Assembly (NCBI GenBank): GCA_028876725.1
Contig: JAGWRB010000044.1
Coordinates: 1 to 62,099 of the forward strand
Direction: 5' to 3'
Length of the DNA: 62,099 bases
DNA from: Gemmatimonadota bacterium
Lineage (GTDB): Bacteria; Gemmatimonadota; Gemmatimonadetes; Gemmatimonadales; Gemmatimonadaceae
In this document: positions 43,364 through 53,507 of the stretch, one piece after another
How the letters are laid out: each line of letters begins with the position of its first letter
Numbering within the stretch: the first letter of the stretch is position 1
Notes under the pieces: model-generated
What the model was told of the DNA's origin: nothing
Seen by the model: only the letters and a program-made list of their open reading frames with translations
Databases searched by the model: none
Translations under genes and position numbers: made by a program

Positions 43364-43757
43364 CTTCGTCCAGTGCCTCCAGTATGGGACATTCCACGGT
43401 TGGCGTCCCCGTGGCGCAAGATGCTCGCAGGCGCTTCAGAGTTCTCAACATCGACCGCATTTCGCGCATCCGCTGCTCCACCCCCTGAATCTTTACGTCC
43501 ACCCGCCGGGAAACGGCACCACAAGACCGAGGATCGTGGACGCGCAGAGCAAGCAGCTCGCGAATCTCGGCGAGAGAAAAACCCAGCGCCTTGGCTCGTC
43601 GGATGAACCGGAGCCGGCGCAATTCCGACGGCCCGTACTGCCGGTAGCCGCCGGCGGTCCGTTCCGGGGCGCGGAGCAGCTCCATCCGCTCGTAGTAGCG
43701 GATGGTCTCCGCGTTGACCGCGCCGGCCTCCGCCAGTTGTCCAATGGTCAGCGTCAT
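43356..43757 (-). CDS. merR: Hg(II)-responsive transcriptional regulator MerR
   Basis: 133 aa. HTH region MTLTIGQLAEAGAVNAETIRYYERMELL. Cys residues at 79, 114 and 123. Overlaps merT by 8 nt. Confidence 0.9.
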   Translation of the reverse strand: MTLTIGQLAEAGAVNAETIRYYERMELLRAPERTAGGYRQYGPSELRRLRFIRRAKALGFSLAEIRELLALRVHDPRSCGAVSRRVDVKIQGVEQRMREMRSMLRTLKRLRASCATGTPTVECPILEALDEDA

Positions 43758-43781
43758 GGACCTCCATTCCAGGCTCTCATC

Positions 43782-43812
43782 ATGATACACCTTGTAGTCA
43801 GGTACAGGGCAA
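43782..43812 (-). promoter_or_regulatory. MerR-type promoter/operator of the mer operon
   Basis: Minus strand reads TTGCCC (43812-43807), a 19-nt spacer, then TATCAT (43787-43782). The spacer and the -35 carry the imperfect dyad CCCTGTA-N6-TACAAGG (43809-43790). The merR ATG lies 25 nt downstream. Confidence 0.5.
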
Positions 43813-44010
43813 GGGCCGCCAGGCCCGCGAAGATCCGCCCGCGCGTGGCAGTGGGAAGAACCGTGGCGACCTCGAACATCCCGTTCGATGGCAGCCGCGC
43901 GGAGTTGAGCTTTGACGCGCACGCGGAATGGGAGACAACCGCTCAGCCGGGTCATGTCACTTGGCTCCGGTGCTGTGCGATCGACGTCGTCTCCTGGACG
44001 GCGACGACGG

Positions 44011-46008
44011 TCAACGGCCGGCGTCATCGTGAAGTTGCGTCCAGGCTCGCAGGATTTCTCCCACCGACCAGGCCTGCGCAATGCACCCGCGCGGCCAGTG
44101 AGGCGGGGCGCCATCGAAGATCTCGGCGATCGAACCGAGGCCGTGGGAGTGCAGATGGTCGAGCAGCGGATCGAGCAACGCACGCGCCGTGTCCATCTCG
44201 TGATACACCCGGAAGTGCGCCAGTGCGAAGGGCCCGAGCAGCCACGCCCACACGGTGCCCTGGTGGTACGCGCCGTCGCGCGATGCGACGTCGCCCTCGT
44301 AATGCGGCCGGTAGCCCTCCTGGTCCGGGGCCAGGCTTCGGAGGCCGTGCGACGTCAGGAGCGCGCGCGCACACGCATCGACCGCCGCACGTTGCTCCCG
44401 GTCGCCGAACGCGCTGAACGCCAGCGCGACGGCGAGGATCTGGTTTGGCCGCAGGCACTCATCGTTTCCCGACGGGCCGTCGAGCACATCGATCAGGTAT
44501 CCCCGGTGTTCACTCCAGAATCGCTGCATCCCCGAGCGGGTGCGTTCCACGCGCTCGGTCCAAGTGGCAGCGTCGTGACCCAGCCGAACGGCCAGATCGG
44601 CCATCGCGGCCAGACCGTTGTACCAGAGCGCATTGACCTCGACGCACTTGCCCTCCCGCGGGGTGACGACCCAATCACCGAGCTTCGCGTCCATCCACGT
44701 CAACTGCACGCCCGTTTGGCCGGATCGCAACAAGCCGTCGCGCGGATCCATGCGAATCCCGTAGCGCGTGCCCCGCTCGTGGGCTGCGATGATCCCCTCG
44801 AGGACGGGCCACAGGGTCCGCGCGACCCCCAGGTCGCCGGTAGTCACGGTGTATGCGCGAATCGCCTCCAGGTACCACAAGGTCGCGTCGACCGTGTTGT
44901 ACTCCGGTGGACTGCCGCCATCCGGCAATCGATTGGGCAGCATCCCGCCATCGACAAATCCGGCGTAGGTCTGCAGGACGTGCCGTGCCACGTCGGAGCG
45001 CCCCGTGACCAGCGCAAGGCCGGGGAGCGCGATCATCGTGTCGCGCCCCCACTCCCCGAACCAGTGGTATCCAGCGATGATGCTCCACGCCTCATCGCCA
45101 CCGTGTCCGCGCCGCACGAGGAATTGATCGGCCGCGAGCGCGAGCCGGGCACCGATCGGGTCGGCGCGCACCCCCTGGCGCGCATGATAACGTGCGACAA
45201 CGTCGGCTTCGTGGCGCCGGACTTCGGCGAATACTTCCTCCGGGTCGAAGTCGCCCGATTCTGCCGCAAGCACGAGTCCGGCGTCCGCGCCCGGGCGCAG
45301 ATCGACGGTCGCCGTAGCGACGTGCAGCGCATCGTCGAGGGGATCCAGTCCCCGCTCGCGCTCGCGGTCGAACAGGAAGCCTTCGTACCAGACGTGGGTC
45401 GGGGCTACCACCATGGACGGGCTCCGGATGTACAGCGGGCGGCCGCCGGCACGCGGGGCCACCACGATGCCGTCGCCCGTGTCTTCCACGCTCATCGGCG
45501 AAGCGCCCGCCCGCGTATTCCCGTGAAAGTCGCGGTGCACGGCCAGGACCTTCACGGCAAGATGCACCGGGGCCGACGCGCGCACGAGGCGATAGGCCAC
45601 CACGGTGGCGTTCCGTCCCCGCGCCATCGTGACCCGCTTCTCCAGACACACATGGCCGACGCAGAACCGCCAGACGGGGACGCCGCCCTCGAGCCAGAAC
45701 GCTTCGATATGCTCGAAACCTCGCGGGCTCACGCTCCCGTCCCGCCATCGAGATGCGTGCAGTGGCGTCGGGCCGTCGCCACAGTCCAGGGCTTCATGGA
45801 CTTCGGCCGCGAGGACCACGCGTTCCCCGGGTGGGTCGAGCGCTGCGACCAGCAGCGCGTGGTACCGGCGTGTCCGCACGCCGGCCACCGTTCCCGACGC
45901 GTAGCCGCCGATGCCGTTGGTGACGAGCCATTCGAGCCGCTGCGACTGGTCGAGCGCTCCGCACGCCTCGCGGCCCAGGCGGATGGCACGTGGCGACAGT
46001 TCCGTCAT
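44011..46008 (-). CDS. glycogen debranching enzyme (amylo-alpha-1,6-glucosidase, GDE_N + GDE_C)
   Basis: 665 aa with WLVTNGIGGYASGTVAGVRTRRYHALL and the C-terminal six-hairpin region WFGEWGRDTMI..YHQGTVWAW. Confidence 0.85.
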   Translation of the reverse strand: MTELSPRAIRLGREACGALDQSQRLEWLVTNGIGGYASGTVAGVRTRRYHALLVAALDPPGERVVLAAEVHEALDCGDGPTPLHASRWRDGSVSPRGFEHIEAFWLEGGVPVWRFCVGHVCLEKRVTMARGRNATVVAYRLVRASAPVHLAVKVLAVHRDFHGNTRAGASPMSVEDTGDGIVVAPRAGGRPLYIRSPSMVVAPTHVWYEGFLFDRERERGLDPLDDALHVATATVDLRPGADAGLVLAAESGDFDPEEVFAEVRRHEADVVARYHARQGVRADPIGARLALAADQFLVRRGHGGDEAWSIIAGYHWFGEWGRDTMIALPGLALVTGRSDVARHVLQTYAGFVDGGMLPNRLPDGGSPPEYNTVDATLWYLEAIRAYTVTTGDLGVARTLWPVLEGIIAAHERGTRYGIRMDPRDGLLRSGQTGVQLTWMDAKLGDWVVTPREGKCVEVNALWYNGLAAMADLAVRLGHDAATWTERVERTRSGMQRFWSEHRGYLIDVLDGPSGNDECLRPNQILAVALAFSAFGDREQRAAVDACARALLTSHGLRSLAPDQEGYRPHYEGDVASRDGAYHQGTVWAWLLGPFALAHFRVYHEMDTARALLDPLLDHLHSHGLGSIAEIFDGAPPHWPRGCIAQAWSVGEILRAWTQLHDDAGR

Positions 46009-47144
46009 CGCGGGCGCACGATCCGGCCTGCCGTGGCCATGCGTTGGACGAGCACGGCGAGCAACGACGCGAAGGATCGGCTGAACGACGCCACCCCTTC
46101 CCGTGCGAGTTGCTCGAGTACGGCCTCAAAGTCGATGGCGACGGCCGCCAGCGCGCCGATCGTCTCGGCCGCAGCGTCCAGCCCTTCGGCGACGCGAAGC
46201 GCCGGCGCGCCGTGGTCCCGATAGGCGGCGATCGTGGCCGGCGGCATGGTGTTCACGGTATCGACCCCGATCAACGCCTCCACGTAGTAGGTGTCGGCAT
46301 ACGTCGGATTCTTCGATGATGTGCTCGCCCACAGTGGGCGCTGGCGCCGCGCGCCCAGCGCCGCCAGGTCCGAGAACTCGGGCCCGGAGAATACGCGCTG
46401 ACAGGCGGCGTACGCCAGCTTGGCGTTGGCGATGGCAGCCTTGCCGCGCAGCTCCGCGAACATCGGGGCCGCATCGGGAGCGGCGGCGATCCGCTGGTCG
46501 AGTAGCCGGTCGACCACCGTGTCCACGCGGCTGACGAAGAAACTCGCGACCGAAAAGACCGCATCGACGCGGAGGCCGGCGTTGGCGCGTGCTCGCAACC
46601 CGGCAATGTACGCCGCCATTACGGCCGCGTACCGCTCGAGCGAAAAGATGAGCGTGACGTTGACGTTGATGCCGTCGGCGGTCGCCGCTTGGATGGCGCC
46701 AAGCCCGGCCGCTGTGGCCGGGATCTTGACGAGTAGGTTCTTACGGTCCACGGCACGCCAGAGACGACGGGCTTCGGCGAGCGTGCCCGCGGTGTCCTGC
46801 GCCAGCGTCGGCGCCACTTCGATGCTCACGTAGCCGTCGCTCCCCCCGGTGCGCTCGAAAACCGGCCGGAACAGGTCGGCGGCGTCGCGTATGTCGGCGA
46901 TGGCCAGAGCGTCGAAGATCTGTTCCGCGCTCCTGCCCTCCGCTGCAAAACCGCGGATGGCGGCGTCGTACGCGGTGCCGCCGGCAATGGCCTGCTCAAA
47001 GATCGTCGGGTTCGACGTGAGGCCGGTAATGTCGCCTTCGGCGATCATCCGGGCGAGTTGTCCGCTCGTGATGAGATCACGGTGGATGTTGTCGTGCCAG
47101 GGCGACTGGCCCAGGCGCTGGAGCGTGATAAGGGGATTCGGCAT
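46005..47144 (-). CDS. tal: transaldolase
   Basis: 379 aa with LGQSPWHDNI, GLTSNPTIF and LLVKIPAT. Confidence 0.9.
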   Translation of the reverse strand: MPNPLITLQRLGQSPWHDNIHRDLITSGQLARMIAEGDITGLTSNPTIFEQAIAGGTAYDAAIRGFAAEGRSAEQIFDALAIADIRDAADLFRPVFERTGGSDGYVSIEVAPTLAQDTAGTLAEARRLWRAVDRKNLLVKIPATAAGLGAIQAATADGINVNVTLIFSLERYAAVMAAYIAGLRARANAGLRVDAVFSVASFFVSRVDTVVDRLLDQRIAAAPDAAPMFAELRGKAAIANAKLAYAACQRVFSGPEFSDLAALGARRQRPLWASTSSKNPTYADTYYVEALIGVDTVNTMPPATIAAYRDHGAPALRVAEGLDAAAETIGALAAVAIDFEAVLEQLAREGVASFSRSFASLLAVLVQRMATAGRIVRPR

Positions 47145-47194
47145 GGATAGTCCGCGGTGAGAGGAGGCCGACCCGGGGCTGCGGTGGCCGTGGG

Positions 47195-48784
47195 TCAGCG
47201 AATCTGCGGCAGCGAATACCGCGCCACCGCGGGGCCGCCGGGTGTGCGCAGCACCCGACCGTTTGCGGCCAGATGTTCGAGCACCTTATGGATGACCTCC
47301 GCCTGATCGGCCGCATGCGTCGCCGTTGCCCACTCGTCCGCGGTGCGCGCTACGCCGGGCGCACGCCGAAGGGCGTCCAACACGGCGCGCTGCAGCGCGA
47401 TGACCGCGCTCGCGGCTGCCTTCCCGGCCTCCACGCCCGGTTGATGGTAGGCGTTGATGCCGATCAGCGACGCGTAGAAGCCGACGGCGCGCTCATAGAG
47501 GGCGATGAGCCCCCCGAGCGTTCGGCCGCTGACGTCGGGCACGGTGATGGTCATGGACTCTCGGTCGTTCTGGAACAGGGCGTCGCGCGTGCCGAGCAGG
47601 AACCCCAGCAGGTAGTCACCAGAGGTGATGTCAGGCTCGACTTCCAGTGGACTGCCGGTCTGGTCCTGCAGCACCTGGATGAATGTCACGAAGAAGTTGG
47701 CGACGCCGTCGCGCAGCTGCTGCACATACGCGTGCTGGTCGGTAGACCCCTTGTTGCCGTAGACGGCAATGCCCTGGTGAACGGTCGCCCCGCTGAGATC
47801 GCGTTCCTTGCCGAGCGATTCCATGACCAATTGCTGCAGGTACCGCGAGAACAGGAGCAGGCGATCACGATAAGGCAGTATCACCATGTCCTTGAGTCCG
47901 CGGCCGCCCCCGGCGTGGTACCACATGAGCGCGAGCAGCGCCGCCGGATTGTCACGCACTGTGCGGCGGCGCGTGGCCACGTCCATGTCGCGCGCGCCGC
48001 CCAGGATCTCGTCGATGCCGAAGCCCTGCAGCGCCGCGGGCAGCAGCCCCACCACCGACAGCACGGATGTGCGGCCTCCCACCCAATCCCACATCGGGAA
48101 CCGCGCCAGCCAGCCGTCAGTCCGCGCCGTCCGGTCGAGGGCGCTGTCGGCGCCCGTGATGGCGACGGCGTGGCGCGCGAACGGAAGCCCGATATCCTGG
48201 TACGCCTTGGCGGCGATCCGCATGCCGTTGCGGGTCTCCGTGGTGCCGCCCGACTTGGAAATCACCAGCGTGAGCGTGGAGGCCAGTCCGCCGGCCAAGC
48301 GCGCCAGCGTGCGTGCCATGCCGTCGGGGTCGGTGTTGTCGAAGAAGTGCACGGCGAGCGGGTCGTTGACGCCGCCGAGCGCGTCGGCGACGAGCTGTGG
48401 CCCGAGGGCGGAGCCGCCGATGCCGATCACGAGGACGTGGCGGAAGTGCTTTTCACGAACGGGTCGCAGGCGCCCCGTGTGCACTTCCGCCGCGAACGCG
48501 CGGATCTGCTCCTGGACGACGAGGATCGCGCGGGTGATACCGGGCTCGGGCGCGAGTTCGGGCGCGCGTAGCCAATAGTGTCCCACGCGGCGCTGTTCGT
48601 CGGGGTTGGCGATGCCGCCCTGTTCCAGCGCATCCATCGCCTGAAAGGCCCGCTCCATGGGCTCGGCCATCCGCCGGAAGAAGCCGTCGTCGCATCGCAT
48701 ACGGGAGATGTCCAGGGACAGGCCCAGGGCCTCTACGCCGCACAGCGAGTCCTGATAGTGGTGCCACAAGTGACGCGAGTTCAC
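47195..48784 (-). CDS. pgi: glucose-6-phosphate isomerase
   Basis: 529 aa with [21 protein letters not shown] and [11 protein letters not shown]. Confidence 0.9.
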   Translation of the reverse strand: MNSRHLWHHYQDSLCGVEALGLSLDISRMRCDDGFFRRMAEPMERAFQAMDALEQGGIANPDEQRRVGHYWLRAPELAPEPGITRAILVVQEQIRAFAAEVHTGRLRPVREKHFRHVLVIGIGGSALGPQLVADALGGVNDPLAVHFFDNTDPDGMARTLARLAGGLASTLTLVISKSGGTTETRNGMRIAAKAYQDIGLPFARHAVAITGADSALDRTARTDGWLARFPMWDWVGGRTSVLSVVGLLPAALQGFGIDEILGGARDMDVATRRRTVRDNPAALLALMWYHAGGGRGLKDMVILPYRDRLLLFSRYLQQLVMESLGKERDLSGATVHQGIAVYGNKGSTDQHAYVQQLRDGVANFFVTFIQVLQDQTGSPLEVEPDITSGDYLLGFLLGTRDALFQNDRESMTITVPDVSGRTLGGLIALYERAVGFYASLIGINAYHQPGVEAGKAAASAVIALQRAVLDALRRAPGVARTADEWATATHAADQAEVIHKVLEHLAANGRVLRTPGGPAVARYSLPQIR

Positions 48785-50832
48785 AGCATCTCCTTGGCGG
48801 CGGTCACTACCGCGTCAACGGTGAACCCGAACCTCGTGAGCAACGCCTTGAGTGGGGCGGAGGCTCCGAACGAACGCATGCCGATGACGCGGCCCGACGT
48901 GCCGGCATAGCGCTCCCAGCCGAACGTGGCTGCCTGTTCGACGGCGACGCGCGCCGTTATCTCGGGCGGAAGGACAGAATCCCGGTACTCCTGGTCCTGC
49001 TCCTCGAACAACTCCCAGCACGGCATGCTGACCACCCGGCTCCGAATCCCCTCGGCGAGGAGGCGCTCATGAGCGGCGAGGCACAACGGCACCTCACTTC
49101 CCGTGCCGAGGAGCAGCACCTGGGGTGGGTGGCCCGTCGATTCGGCCAGAACGTACGCCCCGCGGGCCACGCCGTCGGCCGAGCCATATCGCGACCGGTC
49201 GAGCGTCGGCAACGCCTGCCGGGACAGCACGAGCGCCACGGGTACGTGTCGGAGCGGGACGATGGAGCGCCACGCGGCGGCCACTTCATTGGCGTCGGCG
49301 GGACGGAACACACGCAGGCCGGGAATGGCGCGGAGCGACGCGAGGTGTTCCACCGGCTGATGCGTGGGCCCGTCCTCGCCGACGCCGATCGAGTCGTGCG
49401 TGTAGATATAGATCACCGGCAATTCCATCAGCGCTGAGAGGCGAAGCGTCGGGCGCGAGTAGTCGCTGAAGATCAGGAACTGCGAGCCGAACGCCCGCAG
49501 TTTGGAGAGCGCGAGTCCATTGAGAACGGAGCCCATGGCGTGCTCGCGCACCCCGAAGTGGATATTCCGGCCGCCCGGGTCGGCGGCCGAAAGATCGTCG
49601 GCGCCGTCAAAGGTCAAGCGGGTCTTGGTGGACGGGGCGAGGTCCGCCGAGCCCCCCACCAACCAGGGGAAGTTGGGGGCGATCGCGTTCAGCACGCGCG
49701 CCGACGCGTCGCGCCCCGAGATCCCGGTCGCATCCGCCGCGAAGGCCGGGATGTCGCGATCCCAGCCCTGAGGCAGCAGCCGGCGCTGCATGCGATCGAA
49801 CTGATCGGCGAGATCGGGATATTGCGCGCGGTACCGCGTGAACTGGGCGGTCCATTCGGCGTGCTGACGGGCTCCGCGGGCCCCGATAGAGCGCGCGAAG
49901 TGAGCGCGCACTTCGTCGGGCACCAGGAAGCGGGCGTCCTCCGGCCATCCGTAGGCGCGCTTGGTGAGGCGAACCTCATCCGGTCCCAGCGGCTCGCCGT
50001 GGGCTGCGTGCGAATCCTGCTTGTTGGGGGATCCGAAGCCGATATGGCTATCGACGATGATGAGCGTGGGCCGCCCGGTGGTACGTCTGAACGTGACCAG
50101 GGCGCGCGACAACATCTCCAGGTCGTTCGCGTCCCCGACGCGGGTGACGTTCCATCCGTACGCGATGAAGCGCGTGGCGACGTCCTCCGAGAAGGCGAGG
50201 GACGTGCGGCCTTCGATGGTGATCCGGTTGTTGTCGTAGATCCAACAGAGGTTGGCGAGGGCGAGATGCCCGGCGAGGGATGCCGCCTCACCGGACACGC
50301 CTTCCATCATGCACCCGTCGCCGGCCATCGCATACACGTCGTAGTCGATGAGGTCGAATCCGGGCCGGTTGAACCTGGCCGCCATCCAGCGGGCGCCGAT
50401 GGCCATGCCGACGCTGGTCGCAACGCCCTGGCCGAGCGGCCCGGTCGTCGTCTCGACGCCCGACGTCCAACGATATTCGGGATGCCCGGGACACCGACTG
50501 TCGAGCTGTCGGAACCGCTCGAGATCCTCGAGCGATACAGCGACGCGGCCCAGTCGCTCGTAGTCGCTGTTGACGGCTTTGGTACCCGTCAGGTGGAGCA
50601 AGCTGTAGAGCAGGGTGGACGCATGGCCCATCGACAGCACGAAGCGGTCGCGGTTGGGCCAGATCGGATCGTCGGGGTCGAATCGCAACACGTGCTGCCA
50701 GAGCGCGTAAGCCGCCGGCGCCATGGCCATCGGCGTTCCCGGGTGGCCGGAGTTCGCCTGCTGGACGGCATCGATGCAGAGCGTTCGAATCGTGGCGATG
50801 GACAGTTGGTCGATATCGGTCGGAAGCGGCAT
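48781..50832 (-). CDS. tkt: transketolase
   Basis: 683 aa with [26 protein letters not shown] and [15 protein letters not shown]. Confidence 0.95.
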   Translation of the reverse strand: MPLPTDIDQLSIATIRTLCIDAVQQANSGHPGTPMAMAPAAYALWQHVLRFDPDDPIWPNRDRFVLSMGHASTLLYSLLHLTGTKAVNSDYERLGRVAVSLEDLERFRQLDSRCPGHPEYRWTSGVETTTGPLGQGVATSVGMAIGARWMAARFNRPGFDLIDYDVYAMAGDGCMMEGVSGEAASLAGHLALANLCWIYDNNRITIEGRTSLAFSEDVATRFIAYGWNVTRVGDANDLEMLSRALVTFRRTTGRPTLIIVDSHIGFGSPNKQDSHAAHGEPLGPDEVRLTKRAYGWPEDARFLVPDEVRAHFARSIGARGARQHAEWTAQFTRYRAQYPDLADQFDRMQRRLLPQGWDRDIPAFAADATGISGRDASARVLNAIAPNFPWLVGGSADLAPSTKTRLTFDGADDLSAADPGGRNIHFGVREHAMGSVLNGLALSKLRAFGSQFLIFSDYSRPTLRLSALMELPVIYIYTHDSIGVGEDGPTHQPVEHLASLRAIPGLRVFRPADANEVAAAWRSIVPLRHVPVALVLSRQALPTLDRSRYGSADGVARGAYVLAESTGHPPQVLLLGTGSEVPLCLAAHERLLAEGIRSRVVSMPCWELFEEQDQEYRDSVLPPEITARVAVEQAATFGWERYAGTSGRVIGMRSFGASAPLKALLTRFGFTVDAVVTAAKEML

Positions 50833-50841
50833 AGAGCCCCG

Positions 50842-51543
50842 TCAGTGTGAGAGTGACGCCAGGTCGACGGCCGCGTCGTTGAGAATCGTGGCGTCGTGGC
50901 GGCGGATGCGCCCCGCCGGGATCCCCCGGTCGGCGCGGCGCAAGCGCGCCAACGCGGCCCCCTTCGCCGCGCCGGTTACGACCCAGAGGATGGCTCGCGC
51001 GCGATTGATCATCGGTACCGTGAGCGTCAGGCGCCGACGGCCCGCATAGGAAGCCGTGGCCGCGACATCGGCACGCGCGGTCGCAGCCGCGGCGTCGCCG
51101 GGGAGGAGAGACGCCGTGTGCCCGTCCTCGCCAAGCCCGAGGTGCACGAGGTCGAGCACCGGTGGATCGCCCCCCATGTCCCGCAGGACCGCGCCGTATT
51201 CGGCCGCGGCCCGCTCCAGGTCCGGCGCGTCTACGGGCATCGTGTGGATGCCGGCCGGCGGGACCGGCAGATGTACCAACAGAGATTCGTGCAGGTGGGT
51301 CAGATTCCGATCGGGGTGGCCGTCGGGCGCCACGCGCTCGTCGACCTGGAACAGGTGGACCCGCGGCCACGGTACGTCCTCCTCGGCCAGCAGACGCAGC
51401 ATGCGCCACGGCGTGGTGCCGCCGCTGGTGGCGAGCAGGAACCGGCCGCGCCCTTCCACGGCACGTCGCGCGTGCTCGGCGACCAGCTGGGCGGCCCGGC
51501 GGCCCACCGCGTCGGTGTCGGCCAGTGTTTCCTCGTGCATCAT
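50842..51543 (-). CDS. pgl: 6-phosphogluconolactonase
   Basis: ATG 51543 is preceded by GGAGG. Gives MMHEE..FLLATSGGTTP..HLFQVDERV. The ORF-track start at 51822 only adds Arg-rich residues overlapping the upstream gene. Confidence 0.85.
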   Translation of the reverse strand: MMHEETLADTDAVGRRAAQLVAEHARRAVEGRGRFLLATSGGTTPWRMLRLLAEEDVPWPRVHLFQVDERVAPDGHPDRNLTHLHESLLVHLPVPPAGIHTMPVDAPDLERAAAEYGAVLRDMGGDPPVLDLVHLGLGEDGHTASLLPGDAAAATARADVAATASYAGRRRLTLTVPMINRARAILWVVTGAAKGAALARLRRADRGIPAGRIRRHDATILNDAAVDLASLSH

Positions 51544-52133
51544 GCCTCCGGGAGGTGGCAGATCTCGTTCCAGTGGTGGACGACACGCTGCTCCCGCTCG
51601 TACCCCAGCACGCTGAGCGACGCCGTATCGAGCGCGAACAGGGCGCCGGCGGAGGGCCGCAGTCCGAGCCAGCGGGCGGCGAGCACCCGGAGCAGGTGGC
51701 CGTGGGCAAACAGCGCGACATCGCCATCGATTGCCTGCAGGCGGGCAAGCACGCGGTCGGCGCGCCGCCCGACTTCGGTGGGGCTCTCGCCGAGCGGCGC
51801 GCCGTCGGTCCAAATCGTCCACGCCGGGTGCTCGATCCGGATCTCCCTGGTGGTCATTCCCTCATAGGCGCCGTAGTCCCATTCCTGCAAATCGACGTCG
51901 CCCTGCGCCGCGCTTTCGTAGCCCGCGAGCTGACACGTCGTCCGCGCGCGCGCGAGAGGACTGGTGAGCACGAGGGAGAAGGGTCAGCAGGCGAGACGCT
52001 GCCCGAGCGCCTCCGCCTGCCGCTGCCCCTGTGCCGTCAGCGGAACGTCGGTCCGACCCGTGTGCCGGCCGAGCACCGTCCACGGCGTCTCCCCGTGGCG
52101 ACACAGCCAGACCGTGTGATGCGGGCTGGGCAT
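51540..52133 (-). pseudogene. histidine-phosphatase (phosphoglycerate-mutase-like) gene interrupted by one in-frame TGA
   Basis: ATG 52133 gives [49 protein letters not shown], then TGA (51986-51984). The same frame continues PFSLVLTSPLARARTT... to 51540. The catalytic RHG motif lies upstream of the stop and the rest of the fold lies downstream. Confidence 0.65.
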
Positions 52134-52136
52134 GGC

Positions 52137-53507
52137 TTACGGTTGCCTCGCGCGGTCGGCCCACCCGCCCGGCACCAGCGCCCGGGCCTCGGGGGGGCCC
52201 CACGATCCGGGCTCGTAGACGATCGGCGGTGCCGCGGGAACCAGGATCGGATCGACGATGCGCCACGCCTCTTCGACATAGTCCTGGCGGGCGAAACGGA
52301 ACGTCTCGCCGCGCATCGCATCACCCAGCAACTCGGCGTACGGGTCGGTTTCCGCGCCTTCGTGATCGTGCTTGGCGAGCAGCTCGAGCGGATGACCCTG
52401 CGGAAGCCCCGGCTCTCGAACCGTTGCACCGAGTCCGATCTGGAAATCCGGACCGAGTCGAAAGCGCACGTAATTCGGTGCCAGGGGCACCCCCGCGACC
52501 GGCGGAGGGCGGCGCAGCTTGACCACGACCTCCGTGCAGGCTTCGGGCAGGCTCTTGCCGGTGCGGACGAAGAATGGCACCCCCTCCCATCGCCACGACT
52601 CGATGCGAAGAGTGAGGGCGACGAACGTCTCGGTGCGGGACCGCGGTGCCACCCCGGGTTCGTCAAGATACCCGCGAACCTGCCCGCGCACGACGTGGCG
52701 CGGGTCCAGGGGCGCGATGGCTTTGAGCACCTTCACCTTTTCGTCGCGGAGGGTCTCGGCGTCGTGGCTTCTCGGCGGCGGTTCCATGGCGATGTTCGAG
52801 AGGACCTGAAGCAGATGGTTCTGCACGACGTCCCGGATCGCGCCCGTCTGATCGTAAAACGCGCCGCGCCCTTTGATGCCGAAGGGCTCGGCCATGGTGA
52901 TCTGCACGTTCTCGACGTACCGTCGGTTCCAGATGGGTTCGAGAAACGCGTTGGCAAATCGAAAGAAGACCAGGTTCTGCACCGCCTCCTTGCCGAGGTA
53001 GTGATCGATGCGAAAGATCGCCGTCTCGTCGAAGCATCGGTGCAGGACGCCATTGAGGTGCCGGGCCGAGGCGAGGTCGGTGCCGAACGGCTTCTCGAGC
53101 ACGAGACGCGCGCTCTGGTCGCAGCCGGTGCGGGTGAGTTGGCCAATCACCGTTTCGAACAGGGATTGTGGAATGGCCAGGTAGTGCAGGGCATGCGTGG
53201 CGCCGCCGAGCTCCCGCTGCAATTGGTCGAACGTGGCGGGGGCCGCGTAATCGCCCTCGACATAGCGGAGCAACCGCATCAGCGCGGGAAATGCGATGGG
53301 ATCCACGCCGCCCCCGTGCTGTGCGATGCTCTCGCGGGCCCGGCCCTGGAGCTGTTCGAGCGACCACCCTTGCCGTGCCACGCCGATTACCGGCACGTTC
53401 AGCACTCCCGCCTTCACCATGCGGTGGAGTGCCGGGAAGATCTTCTTGTAGGCGAGATCGCCGGTCGCGCCATAGAAGACCAGCGCGCCTGACTGCGGCG
53501 CCCTCAT
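52137..53507 (-). CDS. zwf: glucose-6-phosphate 1-dehydrogenase
   Basis: 456 aa with [17 protein letters not shown] and [10 protein letters not shown]. Confidence 0.95.
   Translation of the reverse strand: MRAPQSGALVFYGATGDLAYKKIFPALHRMVKAGVLNVPVIGVARQGWSLEQLQGRARESIAQHGGGVDPIAFPALMRLLRYVEGDYAAPATFDQLQRELGGATHALHYLAIPQSLFETVIGQLTRTGCDQSARLVLEKPFGTDLASARHLNGVLHRCFDETAIFRIDHYLGKEAVQNLVFFRFANAFLEPIWNRRYVENVQITMAEPFGIKGRGAFYDQTGAIRDVVQNHLLQVLSNIAMEPPPRSHDAETLRDEKVKVLKAIAPLDPRHVVRGQVRGYLDEPGVAPRSRTETFVALTLRIESWRWEGVPFFVRTGKSLPEACTEVVVKLRRPPPVAGVPLAPNYVRFRLGPDFQIGLGATVREPGLPQGHPLELLAKHDHEGAETDPYAELLGDAMRGETFRFARQDYVEEAWRIVDPILVPAAPPIVYEPGSWGPPEARALVPGGWADRARQP

Noticed and set aside
40080-43830. 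Calling the mer region a mobile element or genomic island.
   Set aside because: There is no integrase, transposase or resolvase. No direct repeat of the tRNA 3' end is found at the far border (43758-44010 checked by eye). No obvious compositional break appears within the genes. It is reported only as a finding to test.
51984-51986. The TGA in the histidine-phosphatase gene read as selenocysteine (TGC-TGA would give Cys-Sec).
   Set aside because: I could not fold a SECIS-like hairpin immediately downstream. This enzyme family is not known to use Sec, and the position is not catalytic. TGA is the ordinary stop of most genes in this window.
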